A stretch of DNA of 64,000 nucleotides. It comes from a virus. Under the pieces are notes generated by a model. It saw nothing but the letters and a program-made list of their open reading frames with translations, did no database searches and was not told the DNA's origin. The DNA lies in IMG/VR virus record IMGVR_UViG_3300045988_054045. The stretch is one strand, 5' to 3'. Position numbers and translations under genes: made by a program. This document shows, piece by piece, positions 43,417 to 54,183 of this stretch; positions within the stretch are counted from its first letter, which is position 1, and each line of letters begins with the position of its first letter.

Positions 43417-44672
43417 TACTCAACTGTCTTTAATAATCCTGTGTTATCAACTGTATTCTCTAGAATCTCGTGTACAAGTAACTTACCTGCTTCAATAGCA
43501 GCCTCATCGGAACCATCTTGCATTAACTTTTCTAATTGCTTAGTAACATCAAGATTAAAGATGATTTCTTCTCTTTCTACCTCAGCGTGTTGCTTTATAT
43601 CACCACCCTTTTCCTCAGTAATAACTGGAATACCTTTAGTAGTTACTTCCTCAAACTTTCCATCTACATCCTCTAAATGGTGTTTATGAGCGTGCAATGC
43701 TCCGTCTGGTATTACATTAACAGCTCCACCATTTTTGAAGCCAGCCACCTCTTCCATTCTAACTTCCTCTTGGATTTTCTTAGCTTTGCTTTTCTTTCCA
43801 TTGGATAACTTAATTACCCTCTTAGCAAACTCTCTATCCATTTTAAGTCCAGATTTACCAGCTCTTACAGCACTTTGCTGATAACCTCCATTTAGTTGAA
43901 GCTGAGTGCCCAATCCTATTAGTGGATTGTTAGAAGCAGTAAATGCCATCTGTGCTTCATCAGCTATGTTACTCATTTTTGACTGCTGCATTTGGGCATT
44001 ATGTATTTGCTGGTTAGCCTTGTTTCTAGCTTTCCCACTAAGTAGACCATACTTCTTTCCACTCTTGGTAAGAGCATCATCTACTGTGGCTTGAGTTCCT
44101 CCATATGATGAACCTACCTGTTCAAATGCTTCATTATCTTTAGTAATAGTATCTGCCTTTTTAGCTCCTATTGCATTTACTAATCCCAGAGGAGTCAGTT
44201 TAAGGAACTTGCTGTCCAATATCTTATCTGCTGTAGTCATTTGGTCAGTACCAACTCCCAAAGCTGTTAATCCATCAGATAGCATACCACCTACCTTCAT
44301 AGCACCACCAATAATAGTACCAACTCCAGGAATAGCCATTGCAGCGTTAGCAGCAGCATCATAACCTTGATTTAGACCTTCTGTAAGAGCTGATTGCTCT
44401 GTCTTTGGAATTAAACTTCCAGCTACGTCAGCTATACTTCCCGCAATACCAAACCCCTTATTAAGATTAGCTTTCTTTGTGTATGCTCTCTGTATCTTAG
44501 AGGCTTGATTCTGGTTCCATTGTTTTACACTATCTGGAAGCTCTAGGGTAGTGGGAAATGAAGGAGTCTGAATCATAGATGTAAGACTAGCAGGTTGAGG
44601 TAAAGGAGGAGTTAGATTACTCCCCCCTGTTAATACCCCTGAATTTTGATATTTCTGTATACGTTTACGCAT
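43416..44672 (-). CDS. Gly-zipper cargo or ejection-like virion protein (418 aa)
   Basis: The N-terminus is MRKRIQKYQNSG. GSIADVAGSLIP...AIPGVGTIIGGAMKVGGML is paralogous to a segment of the 1572-aa protein. The C-terminus carries FKNGGAVNVIPDGALHAHKHH. The gene is the second-to-last of the virion module, directly after the largest tail protein. Confidence 0.5.
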   Translation of the reverse strand: MRKRIQKYQNSGVLTGGSNLTPPLPQPASLTSMIQTPSFPTTLELPDSVKQWNQNQASKIQRAYTKKANLNKGFGIAGSIADVAGSLIPKTEQSALTEGLNQGYDAAANAAMAIPGVGTIIGGAMKVGGMLSDGLTALGVGTDQMTTADKILDSKFLKLTPLGLVNAIGAKKADTITKDNEAFEQVGSSYGGTQATVDDALTKSGKKYGLLSGKARNKANQQIHNAQMQQSKMSNIADEAQMAFTASNNPLIGLGTQLQLNGGYQQSAVRAGKSGLKMDREFAKRVIKLSNGKKSKAKKIQEEVRMEEVAGFKNGGAVNVIPDGALHAHKHHLEDVDGKFEEVTTKGIPVITEEKGGDIKQHAEVEREEIIFNLDVTKQLEKLMQDGSDEAAIEAGKLLVHEILENTVDNTGLLKTVE

Positions 44673-47600
44673 AACTTACAATATATAATGTTTTTAAAGC
44701 TGTTATTATAGCTAACTCATCACCAGTATACCTCACCTTAATCTTTACATATTTATCCCTAATTCTAGTTTCTTTCCTTTCATTAGACCATTTATTAACA
44801 TCTAATGACAAGAAATTAGCACTATAACCTCGGTCTCTTAATTCAGATGGAATATCAGAATCACTAGTAATGTTAAGAGCAGTCATACTCTCTGGTAATG
44901 GATTATTAACTAGGTTAAGAGGGGGATAAGTATTACCATCCTTATCTTTAACAGTCCAAGCTAATTCATTCTTAGCCCAGTAAGTTATAGAAGGAATTTG
45001 AATATCCCATTTATCCTCTAGGTAGTCCATGTTACCATTTATTCTACCATATTCCATAACCTCATACCATTTACCATTTTGAACTAGTACATTTGTATAT
45101 CCAGCTGATACAAGTGAGCTATATCTATCTTGAGTTATCTCTTGTAAATATCTCTTCTTAAAAGGACATGCTTTGATATGAGTAGCTATCTTAAATTCAT
45201 TTAGTTGTTTATCATGCACAATTTCTGAACCAGATATGTATTGATAGTCTCTACCTGCTGAGGTTACAGACTGATAGTGGTCTTCAATCTCATTCAGACT
45301 ATCTACCCTTGAATAGAATAGTGGGAACATAATTGACATATCTTTATACTTAGTAGTACTGTATAATATGTCTCTTTGTTCGGGTATAATATCCAAATAG
45401 TCGTGATTATAAACTATATCTGCACCATTGTATTGGTATAGATGTTTAGTAGCCTCTTGCCTAAAATAAGCATTCCTTTTATCGTTGGCAAAGTTATATA
45501 CTTCTCCGACAACTTCAAAATGGAAGGATTCAGGTTGAGTCTTATTGCTTATAATCTGCAGATTATTGAAGATTTTATGTACAGATGGATTATCAACCAC
45601 AATAAATTCAAACTCAAACGGATGTTGCTTTCCATACCAGTAGCAAGAACTAATAGGTTTCTTAGTAGTCATTAGTCCAGCTTGACCATGTTTCCAGAAT
45701 GAAGTAGTAAGTAAATCATATCTCATCTTAGTAACTACAGTTACATTAGAATACAATGTTTTTACTATGTTCTTAACTTCACCTTCAACTAAGTCAGTTC
45801 CCTGATTATAAACAACAGCTTTAATAGGTATTGTCCATCTACTATCTCCTACAGAGTTAGCATTAACAGATACTTGATTACCATTGGTAATAAAGAACTT
45901 GTTTCTAACCCTATCATCAGCAATGCTATATTCAATACTAGAACCACTAATATCTAGATTTAATTGAAGATTTCCCAGTTTTGCCTTACCGTCTACAACT
46001 GTTAGTACATTATCAACTATTGCCCCTCCTTGCATACCAATAAGAGGATAGTTAGAAGTTAGCTTAGTAATAGTCTTAGATGTATCTCTGTCAAAACTAA
46101 AGAATATATTATCAATATTTTCAGAATATGATGGCACCCATGAGTAGAATGTAACAAACTTTTGCATAACTTCATTATAACATAAGTTCCAAACATTCTC
46201 TTCTAATGTATTAATATCATCATAGAACGTGAACATTACATCCTGCTTAAACCTGTTATAATGTGTTTTTACGTTCCTAATACCAATAATAGGAGTCTTT
46301 TCCTTCTCCGTAAGCGAGATATTATCATTTAAGAACTTCTGTACCTTAAAATCTGAGATAACTTCAAAGGTCTGTCCATTAGTTCTCCAAATCTTCTTCC
46401 CAACGGTATCCACTCCATAAACGTAATAGGGAGTTTTTATGACACTTTCACCCCACTGAGTACCGAATGTATCACTGAGCATTTTTGGATTCTCTGGCAG
46501 CACGTTAGAGGTGTTTATGAAGATATTTCCGCCTGCACCTTCCCCTGCAACGGCTCTTTCATTGACTGGTATCAAAGCAACACCATGTTCAAATACGCAG
46601 ATAATGTTACCAAACCATTCAACTAGCTTTACAATACTACCATAGGTTAGAGGATAATCCCTATAATGAGTTAATTTAAATACTCTATATCCATTTTTAA
46701 ATGAATCATTTACATTAATGTCAGAGTACATAACTCTAATATGGAATTTATTCTTAATAGCTGGAACATTAGGTAGTTCATAATAATACTTATCAGATGT
46801 TGTGCTGTTAATACCAGCATTTGTAACAAATGATTCAGGTATTTTTGATTCTCCAGTTACTGACATGGCTTGCAATGGATAGAACCCTCTAGCTTTACCA
46901 GTAAGCCCCAATTCAGAAGTATAAGACATATCAATGCTTCTCATGGATAAATTAACATTGCTACATACTTTTATAGTAACCCAGTGTCCCATCTTAATAG
47001 CATTAACATCACCTCTATTGATTTTACCATTTTTCTCACTATCTCCAATAGTATAATTGTCTTTCCACGACATTTGGTCTACAATATCATCATTGATAGG
47101 AGCTGATGAGTCCTGGAAGTTCCTACACATTCTGTGTGTATAGTTACCTATATAACAATCACCTCTAAATAGGTTTTTAGCTATCATAGTATTCTCATCT
47201 TCATCCAAATCATCCCACAACATTCTGTTACAGATTGCATAGAAAGCAGAGGAATCCTCATATCTGATTTCGAAGTACGTGTCTAACAGGTTCTCCTCAT
47301 AGTTAGGAATTTTAATATCAATAAGACTCATCTTATTAGTATTATAACCCTCTAAGCCTATATAGGGTCCCCAACTACCTCTTAATAGATTCCTTGCATT
47401 AGAAGACTTATTAGTGTAGTTGTAGTAAGAAACTCTCCATGCTTCTTCTGCTTCTCCAGCTCTGGCACTAAATAGTTGTTTCTTACCCTTTAATGCCTTA
47501 ACATTATCACCAATAGCCATAATGTTATATGTTTCATCTTGGGTAGAATCATTAGTAGTATATGACAGATTGTAGAAATGTGTACCACTTCTATCAAAGT

Positions 47601-49356
47601 ACTTCTTACTAAACTGAGATTTAGCCATCTTAACCTCAAACTGAGTACCAGTAAACAGCTGATTAAAATAAGACTGTCTTAATTCAAATTCTGGACATAG
47701 AGCTGCATATCCTTCTAATACATTATCCTTTTCGATGTCTTCACACCTTCTATCAAAGTCATGTGTTAGAACTCCATCATTGTCCAAGAATCTCTCTACC
47801 CTATACTTATCATTTCCAGATGGAAGAACTGGTAAATGACTTGTGTTCTCTAATCCTATGGTTACAGCTTGGGCTAGTGTAGTAGGGATTCTCTTTTGTC
47901 TTACAAAGAAGAATCCTTTAGTATATCTCTTCAATTCTCTAACAGCGTCCTTACTGATTTTAATGTCAAATCCGATAGGAATTGTACCACTCTCAGCTAA
48001 TTGATTACCGTTATACTTAATTTTGATTACACCCTTAGAATTCTCATTCTGACTGTCTAACTTACTTGTCTCCTTATTGATAGGAATATATTCCCTATTT
48101 GCTTGGATAACAGCTATATTAGTAGTACTATTGGGGTCAAATCCTTCCTTAAACAAAGGATAGTCTTCCCAGGGTATTCTATCTGGGTCTCCAGGTACAG
48201 TTAATCTGCTAACACCTCTAATGTTGAATACTGGAGATAATGTATAATCATTAAGGATATATACTACCCCTAGCCTATATATTTCATCATTCCAGTATCC
48301 TAACCTATTATAGATGTTCATCACATTATAATACTCATACTGTCCTGATTCATCCTTATAGTCCTTATCTACCCTACCTATGTTATTCTCTACATTCAAT
48401 TCAGGTAGAAAATGCAGAGATAGGTCAGTAAGCTCCTTATATTCAATATCTGGATTAGCTACATTACCTAAGAATAACATATTCTGACAAGTAGTTTGTG
48501 CAGCTGCACTATTAACTACATTGTAAGCTACATTAATATCGTTGATACTAACTGCCTGAACTGTTTCAAATCCAGTAATACTAATCTTAGCTACATTGTT
48601 ATATACAGCAAACTGTTTCATAATCTTGAATGAAGTAGTCATTTCATTTCCATCAATATCTGATGTACTCCTTGTATAATAGACTACTACATTATTATAA
48701 GATGAATCTATATTAGTTAACAAGAATGAAGCTGATTTATAACTGTTCTCATCTCTAATTCCACCTTGTATAGAGGATGGGTCATTCAAATTACCAACAT
48801 GGCAAGTTACTATGCCTGACTCAGCTATAAAATCTGTCTCATTCCCATCTGAATCTGATAACTTAAAGTAAAACACATAATTACCAACTCTTAAATTACC
48901 ACTGGTATTCAATCCCATAAATGTAAGATTGGCTATGTTATTAGTTTTCTTATAAAGAGATATATCAGACTCAAAGGAATCTATATCGTATATATTGGTG
49001 TCATTATCTCCTTCTCTGTCTACAATCTGATAAGTATTCATACCTGTAGATGAGAATCTTGTGTTTATTAGCTTAGGATAGTTACTTCCATCATTAAGGA
49101 TAAGATTTACCGAACCATCATAAGATTGCTGCGTTACAATATCAATAGGATGGTTTAGGTCGAAGCTAAGTAATTCTGTATCTAAGTTAATTAAACTACC
49201 CTTTGGATACAGAATTACTCCATCTTCTACTATATCTTCATTAGTTCTGAGTACTCTTAAAGGATTATACTCATACACTAAAGCTCCTTTTTGTTGAAGT
49301 TGATTCAATCCTAAGTCAAGGTCTAATACCTTACCACTTAGTGATTTGAAATTCAT
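44665..49356 (-). CDS. Very large virion or tail structural protein (1563 aa)
   Basis: Uninterrupted 4.7-kb ORF inside the structural module. Its composition is beta-rich and Asn/Tyr/Ser-rich, which is typical of tail hub or muzzle-type proteins. No enzymatic motif recognised. The function is inferred from position only. Confidence 0.5.
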   Translation of the reverse strand: MNFKSLSGKVLDLDLGLNQLQQKGALVYEYNPLRVLRTNEDIVEDGVILYPKGSLINLDTELLSFDLNHPIDIVTQQSYDGSVNLILNDGSNYPKLINTRFSSTGMNTYQIVDREGDNDTNIYDIDSFESDISLYKKTNNIANLTFMGLNTSGNLRVGNYVFYFKLSDSDGNETDFIAESGIVTCHVGNLNDPSSIQGGIRDENSYKSASFLLTNIDSSYNNVVVYYTRSTSDIDGNEMTTSFKIMKQFAVYNNVAKISITGFETVQAVSINDINVAYNVVNSAAAQTTCQNMLFLGNVANPDIEYKELTDLSLHFLPELNVENNIGRVDKDYKDESGQYEYYNVMNIYNRLGYWNDEIYRLGVVYILNDYTLSPVFNIRGVSRLTVPGDPDRIPWEDYPLFKEGFDPNSTTNIAVIQANREYIPINKETSKLDSQNENSKGVIKIKYNGNQLAESGTIPIGFDIKISKDAVRELKRYTKGFFFVRQKRIPTTLAQAVTIGLENTSHLPVLPSGNDKYRVERFLDNDGVLTHDFDRRCEDIEKDNVLEGYAALCPEFELRQSYFNQLFTGTQFEVKMAKSQFSKKYFDRSGTHFYNLSYTTNDSTQDETYNIMAIGDNVKALKGKKQLFSARAGEAEEAWRVSYYNYTNKSSNARNLLRGSWGPYIGLEGYNTNKMSLIDIKIPNYEENLLDTYFEIRYEDSSAFYAICNRMLWDDLDEDENTMIAKNLFRGDCYIGNYTHRMCRNFQDSSAPINDDIVDQMSWKDNYTIGDSEKNGKINRGDVNAIKMGHWVTIKVCSNVNLSMRSIDMSYTSELGLTGKARGFYPLQAMSVTGESKIPESFVTNAGINSTTSDKYYYELPNVPAIKNKFHIRVMYSDINVNDSFKNGYRVFKLTHYRDYPLTYGSIVKLVEWFGNIICVFEHGVALIPVNERAVAGEGAGGNIFINTSNVLPENPKMLSDTFGTQWGESVIKTPYYVYGVDTVGKKIWRTNGQTFEVISDFKVQKFLNDNISLTEKEKTPIIGIRNVKTHYNRFKQDVMFTFYDDINTLEENVWNLCYNEVMQKFVTFYSWVPSYSENIDNIFFSFDRDTSKTITKLTSNYPLIGMQGGAIVDNVLTVVDGKAKLGNLQLNLDISGSSIEYSIADDRVRNKFFITNGNQVSVNANSVGDSRWTIPIKAVVYNQGTDLVEGEVKNIVKTLYSNVTVVTKMRYDLLTTSFWKHGQAGLMTTKKPISSCYWYGKQHPFEFEFIVVDNPSVHKIFNNLQIISNKTQPESFHFEVVGEVYNFANDKRNAYFRQEATKHLYQYNGADIVYNHDYLDIIPEQRDILYSTTKYKDMSIMFPLFYSRVDSLNEIEDHYQSVTSAGRDYQYISGSEIVHDKQLNEFKIATHIKACPFKKRYLQEITQDRYSSLVSAGYTNVLVQNGKWYEVMEYGRINGNMDYLEDKWDIQIPSITYWAKNELAWTVKDKDGNTYPPLNLVNNPLPESMTALNITSDSDIPSELRDRGYSANFLSLDVNKWSNERKETRIRDKYVKIKVRYTGDELAIITALKTLYIVSYA

Positions 49357-49357
49357 A

Positions 49358-52300
49358 TTATGTGTATATAGATTTATTACTCTTCAGAACATTCACTGCC
49401 AAATCTGGAGCATGACTATCTTTACCTTTCTTCCAAGTTCCTAGACGAGTATCTAACGTCTTAACTAAGATTTCATTATAGTAACCATCAGGTATTTCTC
49501 CAGATAGATTCTCATACGCATAGGAAGTGACAAATACATCATTAAATGTTCTATCAAACGTCCAGGTGCTACCCGTCCAGTCAATCATAGTCTTAACAGA
49601 TAAGGCTTTCGGCTTTATAGAGTTGAATGTTATACTACCATCTGCATTTACTGTATAACCAACACTAGAATCAGCAATATAAATCTTGCCCTTATCTACT
49701 CCAGACAATGAATCAGAAGTTATAGTATATGCAGAGTATGCGTTAGTGTAACAGTTAAGAATGTCAGCATCCTTAGAATAGTCCAAATCATCACCAATAG
49801 AAACTACGGTAGACATTGACTGATTCTTATGGATATTAAATATAGGTAGGTAATTATTTAGCCCTTCTACAGCAGCCATCCATCTTGTCATGTGAGTTTC
49901 TATAGGGGTAGTATCACCTCCCAAATAGAAATTTACATCCACATTGGTACCACCATTCGGAATATTAATATTTATAGTACATAAGGTATCAGAAGCTACA
50001 TGGTATACATAGTCGAGATTATTTGGACCTACAAAATAAACAGTTCTGTTTCCTTTCTGAAGTATTAACAGCTGACTTAGTAGGCATCTAACCATCTTAT
50101 CTACCCTAATGAGGTTTCTACTACTTGTTGAAGTACTTTCAGTACGTCTAGAAGCAAGATTAACTGGATGATGAACTCCGCTTGTGTCTTTCCATGTCGC
50201 AAATAGGAAGTTATCTCCTCCATCAACCTCATTCTTACTACAACTCCAGCCATTATATGTCCTCCTTGTAGCATTGTACCATAATGAAGCACTGTCTCCA
50301 TCCTTACCTCCGAATATACCTACAGTACCGTTACCCATGTTTGATAAGCTAGTTTGGAGTCCTGTATCATCAACTCCAGCACCACTATTTTGACCACTAC
50401 CTACAGCAGCACCACTGGCAGTTACAGAACAGTTATACTCCATATTCTTATCACTAGCAAGTACACACCTAAGATTACCATTCTCTTCTCCAAATGAGAA
50501 TAACTTCTCCTTTTGAGTCAAGTCCATAGATGGCTTATATGCTTGGTCAAGTACCTCCTGACTAAAGGTTTTGGAAGCTACAGCTCCAGCGTTTGAGTAA
50601 ATATATCTTGTAGTAGATAGCTGACCTACTAACTGATTATTAGTCCAAGAGAATCTAGTAGCTATTTTAGATGTAGGGTCTGATATACTGGCAGTTAGAG
50701 TAGAATTGTTATTAGTAGTTACTTCTGAATGGTCAAAATCACAAGAAGACACACTTGGAGTAGTTCCGAAATAGTTATCAACAATTTTAGCATCTGGAAC
50801 ACCAGCATACATCTTCTTATCATAATCATATCCAGCAGCAGGTGTTACTTTGACTTCATAAGTTCCAGTTTTACCTACCTCATATTTATAGTTTGATACG
50901 TCTGTATCTAATGAGGGCACTTCTGAAATAAATTGGGATGTATTTACCCTTGTAATAGAAGAGTGTGATGTAGCTGTTCCTGCCTTCAATGTTAAAGAAG
51001 GAGTTCCTACCTTTTTCACTAATGAATTTACTTCACTCTTAACTTCTAGCAATACCTTCTGCCTTGCACTTCCACTAGGTAAACCAGTATTGAAGTCTGG
51101 CACTTCTTCGTAAAACTCATTGAAATAACCTCCAGTGTAAACTAGTTTATATCCTACAGTTTTTTTAACACCAGCCACATATCTATCAATTCTGACTATA
51201 TAAATCCAATTCTTCTGTATTGTACTATCATCAAATGGAATGATTTCTTCGAAACTTCCATTATAATACTCTTTAGAAATTGCATATTTATAGGCACCAT
51301 TTAAGTTAGCGGCATCTTTTGCATTAGCTGAATCAGTAAGACTTATAAATGTAAACTCTATCTTTTCTATATCAGAATCCTCATTAAGGTTGTAATAGTC
51401 ATATCCCCAACCTATCTTTAGATACGTATCAGTAACATAAAAACGCCACTCTCCTAATACTTCCGAATTAGTTCTAATGGCGTCAAAGTCAATAGTGCCA
51501 CTTTTAGCCATCCTTTCAAGAACTCCATAAGGGCAAGCTGGCATAATCTTGTATTGAGTTTTGCCTGTTTTACCACTCTTAACAATAGTAGATTGAACAG
51601 AGGAAGAATCAGCTTCAATTAATCCTACTTCATCTGGATTGTTTTTAGTCGTCCCTTTGAACACTCCAGTAGTTTCTCCAGAAAATTCTACACTAATAAC
51701 CTTTGATTCATCATTACATGAATACTTTCTAATGAGGTTAAATGTATCGAAAGTCTTTAGTTCAACTACTAATATTAAAGCTCCAGATGACTTAGCACTA
51801 AATACCTGTACTAACTCTTTGGATTTTATAACATCCACCATAGGGGTGTTACTATTCTCATAAATCCATAGACCATTCTTATATATCTTTAGATTCTTCT
51901 CATCTATATAATCAATGCTTCCACTACTATTTATAACACCCAATCTAAGTTTAATTACTCCCTTATTAATAGCTCCTTTAATAGCCGAGTCTATCGCATT
52001 AGTAACTATTACAAATCTATCTCCTGGATGAAATATCTTAACTTCATCAGAGTTATTAACTTGGAATAGTTTTTGTTTCTGGTATTCTAACTCTATATAA
52101 GGAACACTTCCCTTCATCGTTATAAAATCAGAAAATTCAACTTCAATCGGAGTAACGTTTAAATCCTCTCCCTCATATAATTGCTGGGGAGATGGGAATG
52201 AGCCTATTTGACTCTTACCTGTAATTGGGTTATGAGCTGCAACGTAAATAATACCTCCATGTTCCTTCATTCCTACAGGTACATATCCTTTATCAAGATA

Positions 52301-52471
52301 AGCTGTATGAACTTCTCCATTTCCCATATCATTCTGTAACACAAACTCATTACCATTATATGTTATTATAGTACCATTTAAGCAGTTTGTTAATACATTG
52401 CTGGGAGTGGTTAATGGGTGTAAATCCATTATTAAACCCTCACCAAAGGTATTAATTGCTTCTTTTCTCAT
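49358..52471 (-). CDS. Large virion or tail structural protein (1037 aa)
   Basis: 3.1-kb ORF lying 1 nt upstream of the 1563-aa gene with similar beta-rich composition. The function is inferred from position. Confidence 0.5.
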   Translation of the reverse strand: MRKEAINTFGEGLIMDLHPLTTPSNVLTNCLNGTIITYNGNEFVLQNDMGNGEVHTAYLDKGYVPVGMKEHGGIIYVAAHNPITGKSQIGSFPSPQQLYEGEDLNVTPIEVEFSDFITMKGSVPYIELEYQKQKLFQVNNSDEVKIFHPGDRFVIVTNAIDSAIKGAINKGVIKLRLGVINSSGSIDYIDEKNLKIYKNGLWIYENSNTPMVDVIKSKELVQVFSAKSSGALILVVELKTFDTFNLIRKYSCNDESKVISVEFSGETTGVFKGTTKNNPDEVGLIEADSSSVQSTIVKSGKTGKTQYKIMPACPYGVLERMAKSGTIDFDAIRTNSEVLGEWRFYVTDTYLKIGWGYDYYNLNEDSDIEKIEFTFISLTDSANAKDAANLNGAYKYAISKEYYNGSFEEIIPFDDSTIQKNWIYIVRIDRYVAGVKKTVGYKLVYTGGYFNEFYEEVPDFNTGLPSGSARQKVLLEVKSEVNSLVKKVGTPSLTLKAGTATSHSSITRVNTSQFISEVPSLDTDVSNYKYEVGKTGTYEVKVTPAAGYDYDKKMYAGVPDAKIVDNYFGTTPSVSSCDFDHSEVTTNNNSTLTASISDPTSKIATRFSWTNNQLVGQLSTTRYIYSNAGAVASKTFSQEVLDQAYKPSMDLTQKEKLFSFGEENGNLRCVLASDKNMEYNCSVTASGAAVGSGQNSGAGVDDTGLQTSLSNMGNGTVGIFGGKDGDSASLWYNATRRTYNGWSCSKNEVDGGDNFLFATWKDTSGVHHPVNLASRRTESTSTSSRNLIRVDKMVRCLLSQLLILQKGNRTVYFVGPNNLDYVYHVASDTLCTININIPNGGTNVDVNFYLGGDTTPIETHMTRWMAAVEGLNNYLPIFNIHKNQSMSTVVSIGDDLDYSKDADILNCYTNAYSAYTITSDSLSGVDKGKIYIADSSVGYTVNADGSITFNSIKPKALSVKTMIDWTGSTWTFDRTFNDVFVTSYAYENLSGEIPDGYYNEILVKTLDTRLGTWKKGKDSHAPDLAVNVLKSNKSIYT

Positions 52472-53054
52472 ATTTTATAAGTTCATAGTTGTTACTACTA
52501 ATAAGTATGTCCTTGAACGTACTTGGATTATCTCTCACTAATGCAATTTCTAAATCATTGCATTTCATTTTATCTTTAAAGAATGTATATCCCATATCCG
52601 TAACATATCTAAACCTTACAATGTATTTAGACCAACTATAGAACACCTTAGCCTCATCAAAGACCTTCATTCCAAGTTTATTATAGAATGTGAAATTCTT
52701 CTTCTTTCTTCCTCTTCCAGTGGTTGACTTAATAACAGAAGCATATTCTTCCTCAGTCAATCCTATATAATAGTATCCGTCCCACTCTGTAACTTTCTTA
52801 GAGTATAATACTCTTAGCTTTCTTCTTAACATTCTTCTATAATAATTATAGTGTTTTATAGAATCACGTGTAAGCTGTCCACAGTAGAACCAGTATCTAT
52901 ACTTAGTACTACTAATAAGAGTATCACATCCTCTAAGATTGTAATAGTATAGCATTCTCCATCCATACTCAACAGCTCGTTTAACATCTTCTGGAGGTAC
53001 AGTGGGAAATTGGGCTATTAGGTCGGGTAAATAATCATTGACACGTTTAAGCAT
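52452..53054 (-). CDS. Basic hypothetical protein (200 aa) in the structural module
   Basis: The protein is Arg/Lys/Tyr-rich (YYRRMLRRKLRVLY, GRGRKKKNF). crAss-like structural modules are reported to contain HU/IHF-like genes, but I cannot verify that fold from the sequence. Confidence 0.4.
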   Translation of the reverse strand: MLKRVNDYLPDLIAQFPTVPPEDVKRAVEYGWRMLYYYNLRGCDTLISSTKYRYWFYCGQLTRDSIKHYNYYRRMLRRKLRVLYSKKVTEWDGYYYIGLTEEEYASVIKSTTGRGRKKKNFTFYNKLGMKVFDEAKVFYSWSKYIVRFRYVTDMGYTFFKDKMKCNDLEIALVRDNPSTFKDILISSNNYELIKYEKRSN

Positions 53055-53494
53055 TAATAATATTGTTTACCTTGATTAGTATATTCTAACACTCTATCTC
53101 TATGCTCAGGGTCAAGATATATTAGTTTTTCTCTCATAACCCCCTTAGATTGGAAGTGAAATACCATCTGGTATGCACAGAAATTAGATGCTAGGAAATC
53201 TACTTTAGCCCACTTACCATTTCTTCTTGCCTTAGAGAACTCATCCCTTTCAAATCTCTTCATTTTTAGTTCAGCTCTCTTAGACCGAGTTGGGAGAATA
53301 AATGTAGCATTATTTTCAATTATATCTTCTAAAACCATATTTAAGGCACTCTTAAATATCTTCTTAGCGATAACTTCCTTGTGCCTATTACCTATTAATT
53401 CCTCACACGCCTTTGATGTCATCTTCATCTTCTTAGTAGGAAATGAGATAAACAATTCGTCTATATTCATGGCGTATCCTGTAGCATAATTCAT
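53054..53494 (-). CDS. Hypothetical protein (146 aa); possible small DNA-binding protein
   Basis: The first ATG is at 53494, forming a TAATG junction with the upstream gene, whereas the track start at 53512 is TTG. The segment KKIFKSALNMVLEDIIENNATFILPT...KMKRF is loosely HU/IHF-like. This is unverified. Confidence 0.35.
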   Translation of the reverse strand: MNYATGYAMNIDELFISFPTKKMKMTSKACEELIGNRHKEVIAKKIFKSALNMVLEDIIENNATFILPTRSKRAELKMKRFERDEFSKARRNGKWAKVDFLASNFCAYQMVFHFQSKGVMREKLIYLDPEHRDRVLEYTNQGKQYY

Positions 53495-54183
53495 TACTTT
53501 CCAAATTTCCAAGTTTTGTTAAATATCTTCCTATTCCAGCTAGTCTTAGCATCTAGGATTTCATTCATATCATTCTGATTAATATACATTGGAACTCTAG
53601 CAGCATCACATAGTTTATACCATCTTTGCTCAAGAAGTTGTGCCTCCTGTAGCATATTCTGGCTATGTGTAATCCACCCCTCTTTAAATCTCTTAGTGTA
53701 AGCACAATAGCAAGCTATTGCATCTTTCTCTTTTTCATTTAAATAGGGAAGACCATCATCGTCTAGTAGTATTCCCTTATATAGTATATTGACAGAGCCG
53801 TAGTCCTTATCAAAATAAAGAGTATCATTTACTCTTTCATACTTTGCCAACTTACCACTAATATATAAAGGATTACTATATAGCTTCCGCCCCTCTATAT
53901 AGTTCTCAATAAATTGTGATTGGTAATCTCCATTAACTGTATCATTAGTAGTATATTTCCAATCCTCAAAATCATATGTTACAGCCTCTACAAAGTCACA
54001 ATTACAAGGTAGAGTAACAGTAAGTGTCTCGCAATCTATCTTACATCTATATCTATATAATTTAGTTTGTCTATTACCTATTTTATTCCAGGCAATCAGA
54101 CCTATTTCTTCGAACTCTTCTGGAGCTAATTCTATTCCATATAATAGGTTAGCCTGAGCGTATGCTGATTGAAAGTTTTCCAT
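53494..54183 (-). CDS. Hypothetical virion-module protein (229 aa)
   Basis: ATG ORF translationally coupled on both sides (TAATG junctions). No motif recognised. Confidence 0.5.
   Translation of the reverse strand: MENFQSAYAQANLLYGIELAPEEFEEIGLIAWNKIGNRQTKLYRYRCKIDCETLTVTLPCNCDFVEAVTYDFEDWKYTTNDTVNGDYQSQFIENYIEGRKLYSNPLYISGKLAKYERVNDTLYFDKDYGSVNILYKGILLDDDGLPYLNEKEKDAIACYCAYTKRFKEGWITHSQNMLQEAQLLEQRWYKLCDAARVPMYINQNDMNEILDAKTSWNRKIFNKTWKFGK

Noticed and set aside
53495-53512. Upstream TTG start (MEIWKV...) for the 152-aa ORF
   Set aside because: The first ATG at 53494 gives the TAATG coupling used repeatedly in this module. The TTG extension would overlap the upstream gene by 19 nt.
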